From the IMG/VR virus record IMGVR_UViG_3300021979_000003, positions 175,091-239,090 of that record: a stretch of 64,000 bases of DNA, one strand, 5' to 3'. Numbering within the stretch: the stretch's first letter is position 1; every line of letters begins with the position of its first letter. The position numbers and the translations under genes are program-made. This document shows, piece by piece, positions 58,215 to 64,000 of this stretch. The notes under the pieces were generated by a model, which was given only the letters and a program-made list of their open reading frames with translations, was not told where the DNA came from and ran no database searches. This DNA comes from a virus. Its lineage: Duplodnaviria; Caudoviricetes.

Positions 58215-59126
58215 TTACTTAAATGAAGTCAAATCATTTTTGTAAAGCATTGTAATGACATCATTCTCACTAAAGTCGTGACCTTTGTCTACCAAGTAGC
58301 GCAGTATGTCAGCGGTATTAACCAATACAAAACGATCAGCGTGAATCATAAGTTCATTGTACTTAACGGTAGTGATGTCAATATCATCATGTTCATGTAC
58401 CAGCTTGTATTTTGCGGCTTCAGAACGAATGTATTTTTCTGTCATACTTAGTGTTTTATCAAATAGGCTCTTATACTTTTCTTTTGATGCAAGAAACTTA
58501 GCATCGTTCCCTAATATTTGTTTTGCTGAAGTTTCAAATACACCTATAAATGTGTCTAGGTTAGGAAAGTCTTTTTGCTTTAACCACGATTCGCGTGGTA
58601 GTAGGTTGAACACATAGTTTGGAACCAAGTCTGCCCTTACCTTTGCATGATCGTCACTTAAATCAACATAGTCTTCTATGAAATCAACATACATTTTTTC
58701 AATTTCACCACTATTTAAATAGTCTCTAACCAAAATGTACATGTCGTTAACCGTATCAGAAGTTGCTATCTTATAGCCATCGAATGGAAACACCACGTAT
58801 GAAGAAGAACTAAAGTCTTTATAGTACGTAAACAAAGCATTACTTCTGAATCTTTCACCTAATTCTTTTTGTAAGGCATCGTCCATTATATTATGAAAAT
58901 ATTCTGGGGTATCTGTAGGTTTTCTGTCTTGTTTGTTCTTTACTACTTTAAATATACCTTCAGGAAGGTTAGATGCGCTGTGTCTAAACTTTTGTGACAC
59001 ATCCTTACTGTAAAAGTTTTTATATACGTCTCGGCAATGTTCTCGAAGTATCTTTGATAGCTTTTCAACTTCTGAGACTACATTAGTAGACTCTTCGTCT
59101 TCTTTTAAAATATCTCTGATTTTCAT
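58215..59126 (-). CDS. ART-like paralog 2 (MKIRDILKE start)
   Basis: RKPTDT..HN..RSNALF..NELMI; GAGGA RBS before ATG 59126. Confidence 0.65.
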   Translation of the reverse strand: MKIRDILKEDEESTNVVSEVEKLSKILREHCRDVYKNFYSKDVSQKFRHSASNLPEGIFKVVKNKQDRKPTDTPEYFHNIMDDALQKELGERFRSNALFTYYKDFSSSSYVVFPFDGYKIATSDTVNDMYILVRDYLNSGEIEKMYVDFIEDYVDLSDDHAKVRADLVPNYVFNLLPRESWLKQKDFPNLDTFIGVFETSAKQILGNDAKFLASKEKYKSLFDKTLSMTEKYIRSEAAKYKLVHEHDDIDITTVKYNELMIHADRFVLVNTADILRYLVDKGHDFSENDVITMLYKNDLTSFK

Positions 59127-59214
59127 TATCAATCCTCAATCTTATTTTATAGTAATATTTATTGATGTGTCGGTAGTGGTATGTTATAATGAAATTAAAA
59201 GTGGAGGGTAAAAA

Positions 59215-59391
59215 ATGAGTCAGAAAAAACTTTCTTGGGTAGAAGCGTTTAATGAAGCTATGCAAAAGGATATCCAGCCGAAAAATACCGATGTTAATGT
59301 AGCTTTCTTTGTAAGGGAGCCAAGCAAGGAAGAAGTTGACTACGTGATTTCTGAATTGGAAAAGCTTGAAGTTCAGGTACAAAGACGATAA
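59215..59391 (+). CDS. Small early hypothetical protein (58 aa, not in the track)
   Basis: TTGATG..TATAAT promoter, GGAGG RBS, MSQKKLSW..QRR stop, then a terminator. Confidence 0.65.
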   Translation: MSQKKLSWVEAFNEAMQKDIQPKNTDVNVAFFVREPSKEEVDYVISELEKLEVQVQRR

Positions 59392-59414
59392 AAGAGGGCA
59401 TTGCCCTCTTTTTT
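59391..59414. terminator. Bidirectional terminator
   Basis: AAAGAGGGC-ATT-GCCCTCTTTTTT, almost identical to the one at 4801. Confidence 0.8.
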
Positions 59415-59778
59415 ATTCAATCACAAATATATAAACAGGTATATTAAATTCTTTAATGGTGTCTAGCGCACGGTTTATATGTTCTGTTTCTATATAGGTT
59501 CCGTTCTTTTTAATTAGACCACATACAGCTTGCATCCCTGTCATTTTTCTGTAGTATAAAGCCTGTGTCACACATTCATACCATTTGTTAGTAAAGTCGT
59601 ACTCAATTGCATCCATATCTGTGAGACAGTCAACACGTGTAGAGTCTTTTAGAACATGCTCTACTTGGCCGTTAATAGTAGCACAATGTTCAGTTGCATA
59701 TTCACTTTCTGATTTTGCATTTGCGGATAGAGATAGGCACATTAGAATTACTATCCACAACATATTTAATTTATTCAT
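59413..59778 (-). CDS. Secreted protein with a PD-(D/E)XK-like core
   Basis: Signal peptide; TRVDCLT..AIEYD..QALYY. Confidence 0.65.
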   Translation of the reverse strand: MNKLNMLWIVILMCLSLSANAKSESEYATEHCATINGQVEHVLKDSTRVDCLTDMDAIEYDFTNKWYECVTQALYYRKMTGMQAVCGLIKKNGTYIETEHINRALDTIKEFNIPVYIFVIE

Positions 59779-60001
59779 ATCGTTCCTTATTAAACCTTTC
59801 GTAATTCTTTAATGCTTTGTTGCATATACTATTTATTTCAGAGTTAATTTTTCTTTGTGATTCTTTATCATCTACTCGGGGAATGATATAGAAGTTCATT
59901 GTAAATCCACTTTCTTTAGACTTTCTATTATCTACTAAGTCGGTGACAACAACTTTATATTCTTGATCGTCAACATCAATTTTCATTTCAAATCGTGTCA
60001 T
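59771..60001 (-). CDS. Hypothetical protein
   Basis: GGGA RBS before ATG 60001. Confidence 0.55.
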   Translation of the reverse strand: MTRFEMKIDVDDQEYKVVVTDLVDNRKSKESGFTMNFYIIPRVDDKESQRKINSEINSICNKALKNYERFNKERYE

Positions 60002-60002
60002 A

Positions 60003-60248
60003 TCACATCCCAAATGAGTTTATGCCATATGGTGAAACTTTGTTTTCGGTACAATCATCGCACAAACCAGCGAGAGGCTTGTTATATTCAACACGGTAAA
60101 GTAGTGACCAACAAAGACCTATTTCTTCGTGTTCTTCAATAGATTGAAAGGAACAGCATGGTGGTATACTAGCCGCATAATCATCTTTTGTTATTTCTCT
60201 ACGTCCTTCTATGGTGTTATCTATAATTCTAACTTTAGATGCTTCCAT
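60003..60248 (-). CDS. Small Cys-containing hypothetical protein
   Basis: PPCC..CW..CDDC. Confidence 0.55.
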   Translation of the reverse strand: MEASKVRIIDNTIEGRREITKDDYAASIPPCCSFQSIEEHEEIGLCWSLLYRVEYNKPLAGLCDDCTENKVSPYGINSFGM

Positions 60249-60673
60249 TATTCCTTCCCTATTAAACCTTCTACGAGTTTAAACTTGTTGTAATACTTAG
60301 TATCGTAAAATTTTAGCACCAACAATGGTATTCTCTCAACAGATTTTATTCCGTCACGAAGATGGAGAGTATACGCAATTTCAACTTCTAAGCCTTTATA
60401 TTTCTTTTCAAGCTCCGCTTTTATTAAGGCAAAAAGCATATCACTAGATTTATTTAATGTTGTGCATAATTCTACAAAAGTATCATGATACTTTGCAGTT
60501 GTGCGCAATTCTCTCGGTTCTTTACCAACTACTATAGGTTCACGTTCTTTAGTATATTCCATCGCTTCAATCCTAAGAAATTTTTTAAATTGTACCACTA
60601 TAAATATTACAAAGCAAGGAATGTACATGAAGACTGAAGACATAGGCACAGAATTTTCTAATATAGAATCCAC
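60248..60673 (-). CDS. Hypothetical protein (true start probably internal, MEYTKE)
   Basis: ORF track; the 5' part overlaps the divergent gene. Confidence 0.55.
   Translation of the reverse strand: MDSILENSVPMSSVFMYIPCFVIFIVVQFKKFLRIEAMEYTKEREPIVVGKEPRELRTTAKYHDTFVELCTTLNKSSDMLFALIKAELEKKYKGLEVEIAYTLHLRDGIKSVERIPLLVLKFYDTKYYNKFKLVEGLIGKE
60599..60606 (+). promoter_or_regulatory. Late promoter TATAAATA
   Basis: Exact motif 20 nt before ATG 60627. Confidence 0.75.
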
Positions 60674-61400
60674 ACCATTTTATAAAAAATTTGGTACGCC
60701 ACTGTATCATGCAAGTAGACAAGATTTCAAGGGGCTAGTTAAGCTTAAGAAAAGGCCAGCACCTAGAGATACAGCAACCATTTTCCATAATGAAGTTAAT
60801 GCACTATCTAAAGAGAAACATGGTATTGAAGTAAGAAGTTTACTATTCGTTATGAAAAATCCGTTTGCTGCATACAACTATGCTTCACTAGGTAGTGTAT
60901 ACTATGTGTCTCCTGTTTCCGAAGACTATCAGGTTTGGTACTCGACTAACACTGAAGATATGACTAACGATATGCGAGTAACCGACGCAGCTATTGCGAC
61001 CGACTTGAAAGCTAGGATTCGTTCAGAGGCGATGAACAGCTTAAAGGGTGACGAAGATTATGATGCACAACATGACCTTCTCAAGGTAAAGCGTATTGAA
61101 AACATTGTGATTGACCATTTAAAAGATTGTGTTAGAAAGAAAACGTACCGCATTAAAGACTGTTTCTATGAAATATATAAAAAGATAGAAGACAATAAGT
61201 ATATCGAAGATCGTTATAAGACACCTATCTTAAAGGCCATTCTTATGCAAAAAACGCATGAAGAAAACTTAGCATACGACTACGTACTCACTTTAAAGAA
61301 GCTTGAAAGTTCCGATGAGCTACGTAGCCTTGGGGATGATCAGGAACTAATGGTCTATGATCCGGTTGGTGTATACGCAGTAAAGTACGCCCAAGAATAG
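60627..61400 (+). CDS. ART-like paralog 3 (MKTEDIGTE start)
   Basis: PLYHASR, APRDT..HN, RSLLF and QELMV; AAGGA RBS. Confidence 0.65.
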   Translation: MKTEDIGTEFSNIESTPFYKKFGTPLYHASRQDFKGLVKLKKRPAPRDTATIFHNEVNALSKEKHGIEVRSLLFVMKNPFAAYNYASLGSVYYVSPVSEDYQVWYSTNTEDMTNDMRVTDAAIATDLKARIRSEAMNSLKGDEDYDAQHDLLKVKRIENIVIDHLKDCVRKKTYRIKDCFYEIYKKIEDNKYIEDRYKTPILKAILMQKTHEENLAYDYVLTLKKLESSDELRSLGDDQELMVYDPVGVYAVKYAQE

Positions 61401-61453
61401 TTTGACTACGGATTTGAGTTATGATAAATTGCTCTTAAAACTAGGAGCATATT

Positions 61454-62497
61454 ATGAAAACCGGATTTGTCGTAGGAAAATTTGCACCACTTACAACCGG
61501 CCACATCAATTTCATCAACCAAGCGTCCACACAGTGTGATAAGCTTTTGGTTCTGTTGTCCTATGATGAACGCTGGCGACAAAAGCAAACGCCTTACATG
61601 GCTAACAAGCTCACACTCAAAAACCGTATTAAGTGGCTCAAAGAGACATACAATGGGTTTGATCACATTATTGTAGACTATGTTGATGAATCAGAAATTC
61701 CAGAATACCCGAATGGATGGGATGCATACACTAAGCTTGTTGAAGAGAAGCTTGAAAAGCATTTTGGTTCTAAGAGTGCGGACTATGTTTTTTCATCCGA
61801 AGTCGAGTACGATGAAGGATTTAAAACATATTTCCCCAAATCTGAACACGTACTGATTGATCCAGATCGTGAGAACTTTCCCATTTCAGCAACCATGGTT
61901 CGTGGTGAACTATTTAAGCATTGGGATTATCTACCTTCTGCCGTTCGTAAAGAATTTGTATATAAGGTAGCCATTATTGGCACTGAAAGTACAGGTAAAA
62001 CAACACTTACCAAGTACCTTGCCAAAATGTTTGCAACCTCATGGGTTGAGGAATATGGCCGTGTGTACTGTGAAGAAAATCTTTTTGGTGATGAAACTCT
62101 CCTATCAAATGAGGATTATGAAAAGATTGTGTTTCGCCATAAAGAGAATGAAGAAGAGGCGGCACGTACTGCTAATCGAATTCTTCTATCTGATACCAAT
62201 GCATTTATCACAGGATTCTATCAGTATCTTTATGAAGGTGAAATAAGTCCTATCGTTAGTTCTATGATTAGTAGTGAATACTATGATCTTGTAATCTACT
62301 TAGATAATGATGTACCATGGATTGATGACGGTCTTCGTATTCATGGAACCAATGAGCTACGTAAGAAGACTAAGGACACTTTGGAATACCTCATGGAGCT
62401 TTATAATATTGACCATGTTCGTATTTCTGGTTCTTATAAAGAGCGTCTTAACAAGACGTATACACTTATCAAAAAATCAATGGAGAATGTACGATGA
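61454..62497 (+). CDS. nadR: NadR-type NMN adenylyltransferase / ribosylnicotinamide kinase (no HTH)
   Basis: GKFAPLTTGH, ISATMVR, GTESTGKT, EEYGR and DGLR. Confidence 0.93.
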   Translation: MKTGFVVGKFAPLTTGHINFINQASTQCDKLLVLLSYDERWRQKQTPYMANKLTLKNRIKWLKETYNGFDHIIVDYVDESEIPEYPNGWDAYTKLVEEKLEKHFGSKSADYVFSSEVEYDEGFKTYFPKSEHVLIDPDRENFPISATMVRGELFKHWDYLPSAVRKEFVYKVAIIGTESTGKTTLTKYLAKMFATSWVEEYGRVYCEENLFGDETLLSNEDYEKIVFRHKENEEEAARTANRILLSDTNAFITGFYQYLYEGEISPIVSSMISSEYYDLVIYLDNDVPWIDDGLRIHGTNELRKKTKDTLEYLMELYNIDHVRISGSYKERLNKTYTLIKKSMENVR

Positions 62498-63201
62498 GTA
62501 CACTAAGCTTTTTGATTGATGACTTTAAAGGATGGGATAAGTTTGACTATAGTTGGCTTGCTCTCGCCAGTGCAGCAATCATTGGTATAACACTAATGAT
62601 GGGTGGTTCATACATTTCTATTATTAGTGCGTTGGCTAATGTAGTCTGTGTGATACTGGTGGCGCAAGGTAAGCTATCGAACTATGTGTGGGGAACTGTA
62701 GGTGTCGTAACTTATGCATATCTTGCATTTACTTGGGGATACTACGGTGAAACATTTCTCAATGCTTTATATTATTTACCAATGCAATTCATTGGTTTTT
62801 ATTTTTGGTACAAGCACAAAGGTAATGTTGATAATACATCGTCTGAATCTGTACTGATTACAAGCTTGAGTCGGTTTCAAAAAGTCTTAGGGGTTGTTCT
62901 AGTACCTATTCTAGTTGTCTTGCTTTCATACGTCTTGATGCTGATGGGAGGCAAGCTGGTTATTCTCGACGCTACTACTACTGTGTTGTCAGTAGTTGCA
63001 ATGATGCTTATGGCTGCACGAATGAAAGAACAGTGGTTACTGTGGATTATTGTCAACGTGATCAGTATCTATATGTGGTTTCAGTCTTTTATGTTGGGAA
63101 ACCCTGATGGGATCGCCACCTTACTCATGTGGTGTGTATTCTTACTAAACGCTGTATATGGTGCTTGGAAGTGGTTTAAGCCGCTCTCGCGCCAAGCTTA
63201 G
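62494..63201 (+). CDS. pnuC: Nicotinamide riboside transporter PnuC
   Basis: Multi-TM; GKLSNY, YYLPMQ, LDATTT and EQWLLWI. Confidence 0.93.
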   Translation: MSTLSFLIDDFKGWDKFDYSWLALASAAIIGITLMMGGSYISIISALANVVCVILVAQGKLSNYVWGTVGVVTYAYLAFTWGYYGETFLNALYYLPMQFIGFYFWYKHKGNVDNTSSESVLITSLSRFQKVLGVVLVPILVVLLSYVLMLMGGKLVILDATTTVLSVVAMMLMAARMKEQWLLWIIVNVISIYMWFQSFMLGNPDGIATLLMWCVFLLNAVYGAWKWFKPLSRQA

Positions 63202-63517
63202 CCTCGATATCATTAACAGTGATTGCTAGACCTGATGCCCTGAGTTCAGCATAGAGCTTGGGGTATTTTAGTTTAAAGTGGTTTAGTTGCTTTTCGTCTT
63301 TAAACTCCACTAACGTAAAGCAATAGAAGTATGCGGGTGTGTAATCTGAAGCGTAGAATATACACCATCGCGCATCTACGTTAGCTAAACTTCCTCCTGA
63401 TGAGCCAAAATACTTTTCTTGATATTCCTTTATAAGGTCATCAATCGTAATACTTATTCTCTCTTCTGTTATTTCTTCATCTTTTAAAATGAAAAATTCT
63501 GAGCCATAAAAAACCAT
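63176..63517 (-). CDS. Hypothetical protein
   Basis: ORF track; AAATAAATA upstream. Confidence 0.55.
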   Translation of the reverse strand: MVFYGSEFFILKDEEITEERISITIDDLIKEYQEKYFGSSGGSLANVDARWCIFYASDYTPAYFYCFTLVEFKDEKQLNHFKLKYPKLYAELRASGLAITVNDIEAKLGARAA

Positions 63518-63602
63518 AGCTTTGATCTTACTTTTTTCTTAATTCCACCTATATTTATTTGACAATAAATACAAATATACAGCAAATAAAGGAAAGCTAT
63601 AA

Positions 63603-64000
63603 ATGCACACGTATACTCGTCATTATCGAACATTCAGACAATATTTCAACAAGAATAGAAGAACTTATCGCTTTGAAATCAAGATGTTAAACATGGAGCC
63701 TGATGAAAGGTTCATGGAAGAAACATTAAGACCGATATTGGAGCCTTTGGATGTGGTTGAGATAACCAAACCTGTAAAATCATACTTACATGAGAATCCG
63801 GTTGAGTTTCCAATAGAGCCGTTTGGTGTTATTTGGAGTTTCGAATTGGAATTGGGTATGAGTGCGACTGCTGAAGAACTAAAGATGCTTTTCTTTGAAG
63901 CCCTTCGACTACCCTTTAAAAACTTTATTATCTACAATATCAACGATCCTTCGCGTAAAGCCAAAAAAGAGTATCAAGCTTTGCAGGATTCACTAGTTGA
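63603..64000 (+). CDS. Hypothetical protein, partial (runs off the right edge)
   Basis: AAGGA RBS; frame open from ATG 63603 (MHTYTRHY..) to the window end. Confidence 0.6.
   Translation, partial: MHTYTRHYRTFRQYFNKNRRTYRFEIKMLNMEPDERFMEETLRPILEPLDVVEITKPVKSYLHENPVEFPIEPFGVIWSFELELGMSATAEELKMLFFEALRLPFKNFIIYNINDPSRKAKKEYQALQDSLV

Noticed and set aside
4801-59414. Near-identical hairpins at 4801 and 59391 as mobile-element ends
   Set aside because: Both sit between convergent genes with A/T tails and fit a genome-wide terminator style; there are no target duplications.
8239-62519. Many overlapping or antisense ORFs in the track (e.g. 8960-9385, 10910-11497, 37028-37351, 49227-49646)
   Set aside because: They lie inside well-supported genes, lack RBSs or motifs, and are expected from codon bias.
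1-64000. CRISPR array, tRNA genes, transposases
   Set aside because: By eye I found no regularly spaced repeat-spacer units, cloverleaf/T-loop signatures or transposase motifs. tRNAscan and CRISPR finders were not run.
1-64000. Stop-codon reassignment
   Set aside because: Core genes (PolB, nrdA/B, topoisomerase, ClpX) are full length in code 11, and TAA, TGA and TAG all end genes.

Overview
This is a 64-kb AT-rich segment of a large contractile-tailed (T4-like, probably jumbo) phage genome. A gammaproteobacterial host is inferred from its GreA, ClpS/ClpX, NadR/PnuC and class Ia NrdAB genes. The window holds core replication and recombination genes (PolB, sliding clamp, RNase H, gp32 SSB, UvsX, UvsY, both topoisomerase II subunits, a resolvase), a gp55-like late sigma factor with TATAAATA late promoters, a baseplate cluster, a tail fibre running off the left edge, and nrdA/nrdB/glutaredoxin. 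Host-takeover genes include Hsp20, GroES, ClpS, ClpX, ribosomal protein bS21, GreA, a MoxR AAA+ ATPase with a VWA metallopeptidase, NadR-PnuC and anti-CBASS Acb2. Six observations stand out. (1) The terminase gene is fractured at a split intein: only an 87-aa N-extein plus a 32-aa N-intein is here, and its partner half is nowhere in the window. (2) A ~270-nt, heavily base-paired non-coding element sits behind a perfect sigma70 promoter. (3) Several late proteins have T4 capsid-targeting-like N-termini and carry ADP-ribosyltransferase-like, GNAT or ATP-grasp domains. (4) Four hairpins form a tandem array in an AT-rich divergent intergenic region. (5) GreA has an altered catalytic tip. (6) An NrdR box lies upstream of nrdA. 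I saw no tRNA, CRISPR array or transposase. All assignments come from manual motif recognition; no database searches or folding programs were run.
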